A stretch of 64,000 nucleotides of DNA from Polyangiaceae bacterium (lineage in GTDB: Bacteria > Myxococcota_A > Polyangia > Polyangiales > Polyangiaceae): assembly GCA_965222375.1 (NCBI GenBank), contig CBDCTZ010000015.1, forward strand, positions 1,312,001-1,376,000. The letters are read 5' to 3'. The stretch's first letter is position 1, and every line of letters begins with the position of its first letter. The position numbers and the translations under genes are program-made. Under the pieces are notes generated by a model. The model saw only the letters and a list, made by a program, of their open reading frames with translations, searched no databases and had not been told where the DNA came from. Shown here piece after piece: positions 1 to 10,017 of the stretch.

Positions 1-1374
1 GGGCCCCCCGCCGCATCTGAGCAGCGCCCCGAACTGGCAAGCGTGCTGATCCGCGGTGTACCGCATGTCACCCAGCGGCCGGACTTCAGCGGCGAGGCGG
101 CCGTGGCCAGTTGGGGTCAGGCGCTCGGTCTCGCTCTCAGTCAGGAAGACGTGTTCGACGCCTCGAAGATGCCTCCAGCACGGGGCATGGGCACCACCAC
201 CCGGGAGCTGCGGCATGCAGCGCGAGCGCTCGGCTTCAACCCAGGACGCACCTGGCATGACGTGGCGGCGCAAAAACCCGGTGAGCTCGACAGCATTTTC
301 AGCGAGCTGCACGCCGACCTGCAAAAGAATGTCCCGTCCGTGGTCTGCATGCGCAAGGACGACCACCCGAGCGCAGACGAGCACTTTCGGCTGGTGCTCG
401 GTTACGACGCGCAAGACGATGCCGTCATTTTCCACGACTCGGCACTCCGCGATGGCGCGTACCAACGCATGAGCCGTCGGCAGTTCTTGAGTCGATGGCC
501 CCTGCGCGCGCAGCGCAACCGCTGGACCGCGATTCGCCTCCGACTCGACGGGAAACCCTCGGCAGCGCCCAAACTTGGACCGAACCATCGTCCCGCCGAG
601 TTTGCACAACACGTGCGCAAGCTCAGACAGACTCTGCCCCAGGGCTTTTCGCTTCGAGTGGAACCGCCCTTCGTCGTTGTCGGCGACGGCGGCGACCAAG
701 CAGTGCAACGAAGCACGACTCACACTGTGCGTTGGGCGGTGAGTCGGCTGCGTCGAGACTTCTTCAGCCGCCCACCGAAGCGGATTCTCAACGTGTGGCT
801 CTTCAAGGACGCCCAAAGCTACCAACGCAACGCCAAGAAGCTCTTTGGCGAGAAACCCGACACTCCCTACGGCTACTACTCCAGCACCGATGGCGCCTTG
901 GTGATGAACATCAGCACCGGCGGCGGGACCTTGGTTCACGAAATCGTTCACCCCTACATCGAGTCGAACTTCCCGAACTGCCCAGCCTGGTTCAACGAGG
1001 GCCTGGGCTCTCTCTACGAGCAGTCCGCCGACCGCGACGGCCACATCGTCGGTCTCACGAACTGGCGGCTCAGGGGGCTGCAAGCTGCAATCAAGCGCGG
1101 CCGAATTCCGAGCTTTCACCAACTCACTCACACCACGACGGGCGAGTTCTACCGGGACGACTTCGGCACCAACTACGCCCAATCCCGCTACCTGCTCTAC
1201 TACCTCCAAGAGCGAGGCCTGCTACGCCGCTACTATCGAGCCTTCCTTGCGGATCAAAAGCGAGACCCAACAGGCTACCGCACGCTCCAGCGGGTCCTCG
1301 GAGAGAAAGACATGCGCGCCTTCCAGCAACGCTGGGAGCGCTTCGTCATGGGCCTGCGCTTTCGCACTGGCTAG
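1..1374 (+). CDS. C39-peptidase-like domain fused to an HExxH (DUF1570-like) zinc-peptidase domain; 5' end lies outside the window
   Basis: Frame is open from base 1 (GPPAASEQRP...). VPHVTQRPDFSGEA...EHFRLVLGYD...FHDS matches a C39-like pattern; TLVHEIVH...PAWFNEGLG matches a gluzincin-type motif. Confidence 0.75.
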   Translation, partial: GPPAASEQRPELASVLIRGVPHVTQRPDFSGEAAVASWGQALGLALSQEDVFDASKMPPARGMGTTTRELRHAARALGFNPGRTWHDVAAQKPGELDSIFSELHADLQKNVPSVVCMRKDDHPSADEHFRLVLGYDAQDDAVIFHDSALRDGAYQRMSRRQFLSRWPLRAQRNRWTAIRLRLDGKPSAAPKLGPNHRPAEFAQHVRKLRQTLPQGFSLRVEPPFVVVGDGGDQAVQRSTTHTVRWAVSRLRRDFFSRPPKRILNVWLFKDAQSYQRNAKKLFGEKPDTPYGYYSSTDGALVMNISTGGGTLVHEIVHPYIESNFPNCPAWFNEGLGSLYEQSADRDGHIVGLTNWRLRGLQAAIKRGRIPSFHQLTHTTTGEFYRDDFGTNYAQSRYLLYYLQERGLLRRYYRAFLADQKRDPTGYRTLQRVLGEKDMRAFQQRWERFVMGLRFRTG

Positions 1375-1421
1375 GATCTTCTGAGCTAGATGGCGTCGGC
1401 GCGCCCAGCGACCCACGCAGC

Positions 1422-4016
1422 CTACTGACAAAGCCCGCGGGACGCAGCGGCAGCTGCTTTCACCAGCTCGTCCAGGCGCTCGTCGTGCCGTTCGAGGGCG
1501 GCCTCTAGATCACGCAAGCGACCGAGGCTCTCGCGTTCACGCGCCAGGGCTTGTTCGCCGGCGTGGTACGGCTCCGCAATGAAACGCCCGTAGCGAATGA
1601 TTGCGTCTTCGACGGAGTGATTGAGGGCGCCATGGATGTTCGAACGAGCTCCGGCTTCAAGAGTCTCCACATCCCGCAGCACGCGCTGTTCCTCCTTGCG
1701 CAGAGCAGCTTCCACAAGAGCCCTAGAACGCCGTTCGAGGGAGCGGCGGGTTTTCGCAAAGGCGAGCAGGGTTCCAAGCACGCCACCGATGGCAACGCCG
1801 ATGTAGGGTCCATGCGGCACATGGAGGAAACGCGACGCCACGAGCCACCCAACGCCGCCTAGGATCGCCGCGCCAGCCAGGGCCAACGCCAACCGAGCGC
1901 GTGAATGACGCGCAATGGCCGCTCGCACGCCGACGGTCTTCGGCATGGCGACGGGAGCAAGGGTCAGCTCGGACTCGGCGGACGAACCACGCTTGCTCAC
2001 GACCTCTTCGGTGATGCGGTAGCGCTCTTTCATCGTCTCGAACACGCGCGCCTCGAGCTCGCGCACCACGCGATTGGCCTCCAACGATATCGCCCGCAAC
2101 GCTTCCTGCTGGACGCTCGTAACCTCGTGCGCAAGTCCCTGCTCGGTGCGCAGCGCGACTGTGCGAAATTGTCCCTGGTGCACACTGGCGCGAATGGTGT
2201 CCCCACACTTTCTGCGGAGCTCCGCGAAACGCGCGCGTATCGTCTGAGTTGAGGAGAGGACCGCGCGCCGTCCTCCTTCATCGACATCACTGTCGGCGTC
2301 CGCCATCGCTTTTCGGTGAAACACCTCCGGCTCAGGCACCTGGTCGGCTTCCATCTGCGCTATCCGATCGCGATAGGCCGCCTCGGCCCGCTGCTCAGCC
2401 TCCGAAGACGCGGAAATGCAGCTCCGCAGCACCGACGCTGCACGCGCACCCAGAATCATCGCGCGCTCGTGACGGAGCAACTTGAACAGCTTTCTAACTT
2501 CCACCTCGAAGCGCCGCGCCATCTCTGAATCGGGATCTTTGATCGCGGGCTGGGCCGCTACCGCAATCGACAGCACCGTTTCCGGCGATCGCCCGATCTG
2601 TTCGGCAAATTGCTGGGTCCCGGCGCGGCGCGCCTTTTCGACCTCTTCCCAAGGATCCGCACTGCCTTTGGCGACGGCCTCGTCATAGGCCGCGTCCATC
2701 TTGCTCAGCACTAGCAGCACATGTGGGACCACCTCGCGCAGTCGCTCCAAGAACTTCTCAGTGGGACCGCTGATGCCGCGTCTCAGGCCCGAGACCAGGA
2801 TGCAACCATCCGCCTCCTCTTGGACCAAGTTCCAAGCGTGCTCCTGCCCACTCTCGGCGGTCACGCCAGGCACATCGAGGATCGCGACATCGTCTGGCAG
2901 AAAGTCGGCGGGAAAGTCGATCGCCAACTCCACGACCTTGTCGGCATCCGGGCCAGACAGCCTCGCGATTTCCGAGAAGAACAATGCCTGACGCTCTTCC
3001 ACGTAGCGGCTGAACTCCCGTTGCCGCGCGTTCAGTTTTTCTCTCGCGCGGGCGAGTGCCTGCTCTGCCTCGTCGACGACCTCGTCCGCCAGGTTCGCCG
3101 CCGAGCGCTTCTTCCAGGTTTCCGCTTGCAGCTGCGCAGCCGTGGCTTCCATTTCGACACACGTTCGCGCTGCTTCCTCAGCTTGAAGCCGAGTCTCCGC
3201 CACTTGGTCCTGAGCTTTGTCCCGCGCCCGACGAGCATGCGCGAAGGCTTTCCACCGCGCCCAATTCAGCAACATGAAGAAGAGAAGCTGCAGCCGACCC
3301 AAAAGCCCGAGTTTCGACCCACGCAGCTTCTCCGGCACTGCCGTCGCGACTACGGCGAGGGCCCGGTCGCTGCGCCGCGCCGCCTTTTCGGTGACGCCGA
3401 TCTTCGCTTCTAGCAGCCTCGCCTCTTCGCGTCGATTGTGCAGATCTTTGCCGATCTGCGTGAGCTCCTGCTCGTTTCGCTGCACCGCCTCTTGAGCACT
3501 CTCGGCCTTCAACGCAAAGGCAGCGTGGCGGCTCTCGACCTTGGCGAAGGATTGCTCCTCGCCCACCAGCAACTCGTCCATCTGGCGCTGACGGTCGGGG
3601 ACGAGGCGCGCAAAGTCCTCCATCTTGCCGCCGGCCAGGCGCGCGCGGAAGCGAGGCGTTGCGCGGCGCCGAATGAACGTTGGCGTCTTGGATGCACCCC
3701 GGGCGGCCCCGACCCGGGGATCACCAAGGATGGCGTCGAGAAAGGTGGACTTGCCCGAGCCTGGCTCACCGGCTACCACGACGCATAACTCTTTGCGACT
3801 GAGCCGCCCCGTAACCTGAGCCACGGTGCGACGAAGGGACGTCACGACTTCGTCACCCAAGAGCTCGGAGTGCTCCCGCAAGGCCCGCAACGTTCGCAGC
3901 GCCCTATCGATCTCCTCGAGGAGTTCGTCACCCTCGGCTCCGAGCGACGGCAGCTCGGTAGCGGGGGGGAAGAGAGAGCTGGCGGGGGGAGAGCTTTCCA
4001 CGGGCGGCACAAGCAC
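1422..4016 (-). CDS. Dynamin-like GTPase with two C-terminal hydrophobic helices
   Basis: G1 GEPGSGKS, G3 LDVPG, G4-like SKMD, long coiled coils, hydrophobic hairpin near the C-terminus. Confidence 0.8.
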   Translation of the reverse strand: MLVPPVESSPPASSLFPPATELPSLGAEGDELLEEIDRALRTLRALREHSELLGDEVVTSLRRTVAQVTGRLSRKELCVVVAGEPGSGKSTFLDAILGDPRVGAARGASKTPTFIRRRATPRFRARLAGGKMEDFARLVPDRQRQMDELLVGEEQSFAKVESRHAAFALKAESAQEAVQRNEQELTQIGKDLHNRREEARLLEAKIGVTEKAARRSDRALAVVATAVPEKLRGSKLGLLGRLQLLFFMLLNWARWKAFAHARRARDKAQDQVAETRLQAEEAARTCVEMEATAAQLQAETWKKRSAANLADEVVDEAEQALARAREKLNARQREFSRYVEERQALFFSEIARLSGPDADKVVELAIDFPADFLPDDVAILDVPGVTAESGQEHAWNLVQEEADGCILVSGLRRGISGPTEKFLERLREVVPHVLLVLSKMDAAYDEAVAKGSADPWEEVEKARRAGTQQFAEQIGRSPETVLSIAVAAQPAIKDPDSEMARRFEVEVRKLFKLLRHERAMILGARAASVLRSCISASSEAEQRAEAAYRDRIAQMEADQVPEPEVFHRKAMADADSDVDEGGRRAVLSSTQTIRARFAELRRKCGDTIRASVHQGQFRTVALRTEQGLAHEVTSVQQEALRAISLEANRVVRELEARVFETMKERYRITEEVVSKRGSSAESELTLAPVAMPKTVGVRAAIARHSRARLALALAGAAILGGVGWLVASRFLHVPHGPYIGVAIGGVLGTLLAFAKTRRSLERRSRALVEAALRKEEQRVLRDVETLEAGARSNIHGALNHSVEDAIIRYGRFIAEPYHAGEQALARERESLGRLRDLEAALERHDERLDELVKAAAAASRGLCQ

Positions 4017-4157
4017 GCCCCAGCTCGCTGGCTACGTCAACGGCGACTAGCCTCGCAGGCTCAGCGCACCGAGACAGCCGAGACATGGCCGAGCTCGCAA
4101 CTCATTGAAGCTCCTCTCGAGCCGGTTCAAGTTGGCTTACCAGAGCGCTGTTCGTAA

Positions 4158-4174
4158 TTGGCACATAGGTTGCT
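4158..4174 (+). promoter_or_regulatory. sigma54 -24/-12 promoter
   Basis: TTGGCACATAGGTTGCT: GG-N10-GC near-consensus, just upstream of ATG 4188. Confidence 0.65.
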
Positions 4175-4187
4175 CGAGCGACACTCC

Positions 4188-5150
4188 ATGAAGACAACCT
4201 GCCCTTTTTGTTGGCTGGTTCGCTGTGGGTTGCGGAGGCGCCAGCACACAGGATGACCCACCATCCGGAGGCAACACCGACGCGAAAACGGAAGCGTCCA
4301 CCGGCGCCGACGGCACTTCGGGCAGCAGCGGCAGCGTGGGCAGCGGCAGCGTGGGCGGCGGCAACACTGGCGGCGGAGGGAACGCCGCGGACCTGGCGGT
4401 ACCCCGGCCGATTGGTCTTGGCATACAGGAGAGGTAGATTCAAACGACAGTCTAGAACTCGAGGTGGGTGAAGGTTGCGGCGAACAGGTGTCAGCCAGGA
4501 CCGCAGCATTCATGAACCTCAGCCCGAACCAGACCTACGTAGTTAGCTACTGGTACCGCTACGCGGACTGCGCAGACGTGGAGCTGCGGGCCGCAGCATT
4601 CATGAACCTCAGCCCGAACCAGACCTACGTAGTTAGCTACTGGTACCGCTACGCGGACGCGCGTTTGGCACGCGAGCATCTGAAGGACCGGGCGCCTAAG
4701 AGAACTCTCGACCTTGCTTGCGGCACCGGCTTGTTCAGCGAGCAGCTGTGCATTCTTGGCGGCCAGCTGACCGGCGTAGACCTCTCCGAAGGCATGCTTG
4801 CGCACGCGTCTGCGAAACAACTCCCCAACACAGAGTTCCGGACTGGCGACTTCCACGACCTTCAGTTCGCGGAGGACAACAGCGTCGACTTGGTTTCGAT
4901 GTACGCCGCTAGCCGGTTCATCTCCGACCCATCGCGGTTCTTCGCTGAGATCGCCCGCGTACTGTCGAGCGACGGTCTGGTGATCATTTCCTACTTCGAT
5001 TCGCCCCGTCGAGTCCCTCAACTGGAGGCAGGCGCCCGCAGCGCGGGCCTGCGCGTGGCCCATCGCGTGGAAATCCCACCATCCTTCGTCAAGCCCTTCT
5101 GGCCGCTGGTGAGGTTCAACGAGACAACGATCCGCCTACTCGTCACCTGA
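4188..5150 (+). pseudogene. Mosaic pseudogene: frameshifted Gly-linker lipoprotein with a CBM-like segment, fused to a class I SAM methyltransferase fragment
   Basis: ATG 4188 is out of frame with LFVGWFAVGC + Gly linker. A further frame reads TPADWSWHTGEV...LSPNQTYVVSYWYR (duplicated) and runs into LDLACGTG...GVDLSEGML...GDFHDL. Confidence 0.6.
4501..4658. repeat. 68-bp perfect direct repeat, 90-bp period
   Basis: ccgcagcattcatgaacc...gctacgcggac at 4501-4568 and 4591-4658. Confidence 0.95.
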
Positions 5151-5339
5151 ACCTCGCGCTTGCGTGAATCGCGATCCACGCTGTGGGCGCGCTGCTCCTT
5201 CAGTTCTCCGGGCTACTTGTCCACAAAGCACGCCCGTGAACAGCTTCACGTAGGCGGCTTCACTCTTCACGCAATGGGGTCAGTCCCCGACGCCCTCAGT
5301 TGCCGAGGCTCGTGTAGGCTCGTTGGAGCCCCGAGGCCC

Positions 5340-5780
5340 ATGACTGCTCCGCCCCCCAAACCCGCGAGCGTTTCGCGATCACGCAGGTCCGTCATCTTGA
5401 CGTGCGTCGGGGTTGCGATTCTTCTTTTGGCGTGCCGCGGGGAGAGCGACTCCAGCTTCACGGACAGCAAGGCCAATCGACAAGAAGCTCTACTCCTGGC
5501 GCAGGCATACGCCGAGCAACACCGGCCACAGCTCCTGGCCGAGGATAGGGGCACCATCGGCGAGGGCAAAGTCAACGGTGGCAGCCTACGCGGCAGGTCC
5601 AAGCGCGCCTTTGAAGTGAGCTTGGCGATCACCGGCGCCGCGCGAGTGAAGGAGATCGTCGTCTACGTGTACGACTCCGACGGCCTCGCTGTCGCAGGCG
5701 CCCAATCCCGGGACAAGTACGGCGCCATCGTGCACACCATCGGCGGCAAACTCGATCGCAAGTTCAGAAGCCGGGACTGA
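5340..5780 (+). CDS. Hypothetical lipoprotein
   Basis: Basic plus hydrophobic signal ending LLLAC. Confidence 0.6.
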   Translation: MTAPPPKPASVSRSRRSVILTCVGVAILLLACRGESDSSFTDSKANRQEALLLAQAYAEQHRPQLLAEDRGTIGEGKVNGGSLRGRSKRAFEVSLAITGAARVKEIVVYVYDSDGLAVAGAQSRDKYGAIVHTIGGKLDRKFRSRD

Positions 5781-5987
5781 GTCGCGGCGCTCGCTGAAGC
5801 GAAGCCGAATGCGCGACCCGCCGAAGGACATGGCTGCGAACAGTCTTGCTGCTCCAACCCGCACGCCCTCGGCGCACAGGCGTTAGGCTGGCGACGTGAC
5901 CGCACGCCAAACGCTGCGCAGCAGGCAGTTTTCGCTGGCCTGAATCGCGCTTTGGATCACCACAGCTTTACAGCGAAAGAGCGACCC

Positions 5988-6719
5988 ATGCATTGGCGAC
6001 TTGTTCACCCGCGCGGCGTCGCAGGGGTCGCGGTTGCGATTTCCCTGGCGCTCGCGGGTTCGTCGGACGACAGCGGCGATGGAGCCGGCGGCGCCGCGGT
6101 TCGTCTCTGGACGTCCATTGCGTCGACCTCGATTGGGGATGCCAGTGTTTTGCGGATCCGAACCACGAGTTCGATGACAACGCCGGCGTGCAACAGTGCA
6201 CTCCTCCCATCAGCCGAAACACATGGTGCTGCAGAACACTGGACTACCCGAACGGGTGAACGTGCGAATGCAGAGTCGTGGGCTGCAGGAAGACCCTTTC
6301 GGGGTGCGCCTGCGGGACCGACCATGCCGACGGGCCACTGGAGGCTTGCCTGGATACCGAGTACTCGAGCTGCTGCCTGGCAGCCGATGGTCAATGCACC
6401 TGCACCTCGAAGAAGGTCTGCTACGACGGAACCGAGGTGCCCACGTGTGACCTGTTTTGGAACCGGGGCAACGACAGGCGGCGGAGTCCTCAACAGCGCC
6501 GACTGTTCTTCTTGCAGTGCTAACAACTGCGCCGAGGAGTCCGGGGCATGCTGGGCAAGTCCTGACTGCACAGGCCTCATCTATTGCATGGACAAGTGCC
6601 CAACCGGGAGCCATGCCTGCATCCAGGAGTGTATCTACAGCAACTCAGCTGGCGCACAGATCTTCAAACACCTGGCCAGTTGCCTGAACAAGAAGTGCAA
6701 CGAGGTGTGCGTACTCTGA
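5988..6719 (+). pseudogene. Disrupted Cys-rich secreted protein
   Basis: Signal-like start; Cys-rich body in another frame with in-frame TGA at 6257-6259; a second frame change before a CxxC-rich tail. Confidence 0.6.
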
Positions 6720-6752
6720 TCTCGAGTCACGGCTCGCGCTCCGCCCTCACTC

Positions 6753-6811
6753 GGCCCATCTCTAGAGTAGCGGCCTGGTTCCGGCCCAATGCCGCGACCC
6801 CCCCAAAAACC
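6753..6811. repeat. Dispersed intergenic repeat, copy A
   Basis: ggcccatctctagagtagcggcc...cccaatgccgcgacccccccaaaaacc; similar to 17590, 28423 and 41484 (reverse). Confidence 0.75.
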
Positions 6812-6944
6812 CACAAGCAAGATCACGGCTCCTTGCTCAGCACCGCCGCTTCGCGGATGGGCGTCTGGCGGTCGCCATCGACGTCTTAGCGGCGTCGCCA
6901 CTGCGGCGCCCGGCTTTCACGTGGCGTTTTCGCGGTGATCAGCC

Positions 6945-6960
6945 TGGCACGCGTCCTGCG
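6945..6960 (+). promoter_or_regulatory. Putative sigma54 promoter
   Basis: TGGCACGCGTCCTGCG, GG-N10-GC, upstream of the Uma2 gene. Confidence 0.45.
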
Positions 6961-7045
6961 ATGACGTGGGGCTGACCCGCGTTTGATTGGACCGCCACTC
7001 GGAGGCAAAATGGGATGGCATGCTGGATCTGGTGGAGCAGCTCGG

Positions 7046-7777
7046 ATGAGCTTGGGGATCCCGACTCGTACCCGAGAAGAGATCGACTATCCGTCGTCGG
7101 ACGGGCAGCCGATGGCTGAGACTCCGCTGCACGGCGAGGCGATGGTCTCGGCGTGGCAGGAACTAACACGACACTTCGCGCAGCGGACTGACGTGGTGGT
7201 CGGAATGAACATGCTCTTTTACTATGAAGAAGGGCACCCTGCGGCGCGCTTCGCCCCTGATGTCTATGTCGCAGTCGGCGCGCCGAAGCGCAAGCGGCGC
7301 ACCTACAAGGTGTGGGAAGAGCCGGTCCCGCCGACCTTCGTGCTCGAAGTCTCATCCAAGGGCACTTGGCTCGAGGACATGGGAAACAAGAAGGCCCTTT
7401 GCGCGAAGCTCGGTGTGAGCGACTACTTCGTCTTCGATCCGGAGGGTGAGTACCTGGAGCCGAGGCTTCAGGGCTTCCATCTTGGCGCAGGACAATATCA
7501 GCCCGCTGCTGTGGCGCCTGACGGATCGCTGGAGATCCGATCCCTAGAACTTTCGGTCCGTATCGACGGAGAGGTGTTGCGTTTCACCGACATGACCTCG
7601 GGACGGGAACTAGTGCACACTAGCGAGCTCGAACAGAAGGCCGAACGAGAGAGTCGTTTGCGCCTGGAAGAAGCTCGTCTGCGCCAGAAAGAAGCTCGCC
7701 TGCGCGAGGAAGATGCTCAACGACTTCGTGACGCCGAAGCCGAGATTCAGCGCCTACGCCGCAAGCTAGAGAAGTAG
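7046..7777 (+). CDS. Uma2 family (DUF820) putative endonuclease
   Basis: YPSSDGQPMAET...H, APDVYV, PTFVLEVSS, DYFVFDP, C-terminal coiled coil. Confidence 0.9.
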   Translation: MSLGIPTRTREEIDYPSSDGQPMAETPLHGEAMVSAWQELTRHFAQRTDVVVGMNMLFYYEEGHPAARFAPDVYVAVGAPKRKRRTYKVWEEPVPPTFVLEVSSKGTWLEDMGNKKALCAKLGVSDYFVFDPEGEYLEPRLQGFHLGAGQYQPAAVAPDGSLEIRSLELSVRIDGEVLRFTDMTSGRELVHTSELEQKAERESRLRLEEARLRQKEARLREEDAQRLRDAEAEIQRLRRKLEK

Positions 7778-7864
7778 AGGGAAACGCCCGTAGGCGAGAG
7801 AGCCCCAGGGTTCGCGACTCCCTCACTCGTCGGGATCACCAGAAAGTGATCTACCCTTGCCCGC

Positions 7865-8164
7865 ATGAAGGTAGTCGCGGATTTGTCGGTCGTTCCCATT
7901 GGTGTGGGCGTCAGCCTCTCGAAGTACATCGTGCAATGTGAGCGCGTACTGAAAAGCGCCGGCGTGGAAACGCGCTTGCACGCCTATGGCACCAACATCG
8001 AGGGCGAGTGGGACGCGGTATTCGCGGCCATCAAGCAATGCCACGAGACCCTGCACGCCATGGGCGTGCCGCGAATATCCACGTCGATCAAAGTTGGCAC
8101 GCGCAGCGATCGCGATCCGAACATCGCCCAGAAGATCCGCAGCGTCGGCGAAAAGCTCGAATAA
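7865..8164 (+). CDS. MTH1187 family thiamine-binding protein
   Basis: DLSVVPIGVGVSLSKY...HAYGTNIEGEWD...RISTSIKVGTRSDR. Confidence 0.9.
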   Translation: MKVVADLSVVPIGVGVSLSKYIVQCERVLKSAGVETRLHAYGTNIEGEWDAVFAAIKQCHETLHAMGVPRISTSIKVGTRSDRDPNIAQKIRSVGEKLE

Positions 8165-8256
8165 GCCCTCGCGCAGACGAAGGTCGGTTCAAAAAGCGGC
8201 ACTGCCCACCGAAAAAGCGCGTGACGTTTCGGCCGGTGGGTGCGTCTAGTCCCAAT

Positions 8257-9549
8257 ATGTCGCGTTGCCGTTTGCTTGGGGTCGCCTGCGTGGCGCTGCT
8301 GGTCGGCTGTGGATCCGACGAGCGATTGCTGGGCAAGGTGGACGCCATGGCACCACCGGACGTCGAGTCCCCAGAGGCGGGGGATGCGCTCTTTGCGGAT
8401 GTAGGCGCTAGTGCCGACGCTGGCATTGATGCCGACCCGGACAGTGCAATCCCGGCATCCTCGGCTTGTCGCGTGAAGGAGCGGCTGCTCCTCGGCTCGG
8501 GCAAGAGCGCGAGCTTGACCCGAGTGCTGCGCAGGGGAAACGAGCTTGCCGTGCTGTGGCGCGACGGGGACACACCGCGTCTGTCTCTTTCGACAATTTC
8601 GCAGCCGTCACTCGTAGCGCAGGTTGCCCTGCCGGTTGAGGCCAAAGGAACAGCCGATTTGGCCAGTACGCCGACGGGATACGCCGTGGCTGTGCGCAGC
8701 TTCAGCGACTACAAGGTGCGCGTGTTCTCACTGACCACCGAGTGGACCGAAGTGCCCCTCGCCAACCAGCCTCAGACCTTTGGCATCTTCGCCATCGGCA
8801 GCACCCCGGCGGGCACGTTGCTCTTCGTGTGGTCCGAGAAGAGCGAAACCAACAGCTGGTACACGGTGAAGTATCGCCGCGCACACCCAGGTGGCGGCTT
8901 CGGACTGGCGGAAACCCTGAGTGGCAAAGGCATCGGCAAAGAGTTCGAGTTCAAGCCACACGGAAGTGACGTCGCACTGGCTTGGGTCGAGGTGCAGCCC
9001 TCCCGCTCCACGATGAAGTACGTGAGTTTGGACTCCGCGGGCATTCCCCTTGGGGCGGCAGCGGAGCTGACCAACCACGACCGCTACGTATACGACGTTG
9101 GAATTGCCCACGGTCAAAGCGGCATGGGCGTCGCCTTCACCGATAGCCGCGTCGACATCCTCAATGTGCCTCTGTACTTCACCGTCCTGGACGCCCAAGG
9201 CGCGCGCCTGACCAAAGACAAGCGACTCAGCTTCTCCGGTGAGCACGAGCTGTTGGACCTGGCTTGGGTCGCGGGCGCCTATCGCTACGTCTACGCAGAG
9301 TTCCAGAACGGCCCCGGCTCCCGGATCAAGCTTATGGATCTGGACGAAGGCGGGAAGAAGATAGCCGCCCCACTGCAGCTCTCGCTGGCCACCTATCTAG
9401 AATACGGCAGCCAAACCAGAGTTGGGACACCCAAGATCGTCGGTCACGGCTCCGGCGGCGCCCTCGTGATTTGGCCAGAGCTGGTGGACAAGGGCATCTG
9501 GGCGCTCAAAGCGGTGCAGCTCGATTGCAGCGCGCCCTCTTCACCTTAG
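8257..9549 (+). CDS. Hypothetical lipoprotein (beta-rich)
   Basis: MSRCRLLGVACVALLVGC lipobox; long ORF. Confidence 0.7.
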   Translation: MSRCRLLGVACVALLVGCGSDERLLGKVDAMAPPDVESPEAGDALFADVGASADAGIDADPDSAIPASSACRVKERLLLGSGKSASLTRVLRRGNELAVLWRDGDTPRLSLSTISQPSLVAQVALPVEAKGTADLASTPTGYAVAVRSFSDYKVRVFSLTTEWTEVPLANQPQTFGIFAIGSTPAGTLLFVWSEKSETNSWYTVKYRRAHPGGGFGLAETLSGKGIGKEFEFKPHGSDVALAWVEVQPSRSTMKYVSLDSAGIPLGAAAELTNHDRYVYDVGIAHGQSGMGVAFTDSRVDILNVPLYFTVLDAQGARLTKDKRLSFSGEHELLDLAWVAGAYRYVYAEFQNGPGSRIKLMDLDEGGKKIAAPLQLSLATYLEYGSQTRVGTPKIVGHGSGGALVIWPELVDKGIWALKAVQLDCSAPSSP

Positions 9550-9727
9550 AACCATCCGTGGCCGCGTGCGCGGCGGAAGGTCGTGCTCCCTAGCGCGCCT
9601 CGGCTCCCCACCTTCGGCCCAAGCCCGTTCCAAGAAATCATGCGCAACGAAACCAGGGATCGAGTCAGGCGTCCAACCTAGAAGAGCGCAATGTAGCCGT
9701 ATTTCTAAGGTGCGTGAAGTTCGCGAC

Positions 9728-9952
9728 TCACTGCTCTGGCTTGCCACATTGCTTGACCTCGAAGTCGCCTGCCACACCCGTCATGTTGGCGTGATCCCAC
9801 TTCAGGTTGCCGGCCACGGTCTGCGGCTCGTTGTTCTTCAGCGTCGCCGTGCAGAGGTTGCCTCGCGCTTTGGCGCCGGGCCCAATTCTAATGATCTGAG
9901 CGACGCCATTGTATTGGCCGACGGGGATATCCAGCGGCGATATCATGGCCAA
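9728..9952 (-). pseudogene. Possible C-terminal gene fragment
   Basis: Protein-like 74-aa frame with no convincing start. Confidence 0.3.
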
Positions 9953-10017
9953 GAACTCCTCTCGATGGGGGTGCTTGGCAAAGTAGTTGCAGAAACGTCA
10001 GGTCGTCGTTACTTACC

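Noticed and set aside
6257..6259. Selenocysteine readthrough of the in-frame TGA
   Set aside because: The gene also has frameshifts and no convincing SECIS hairpin; decay is the simpler explanation.
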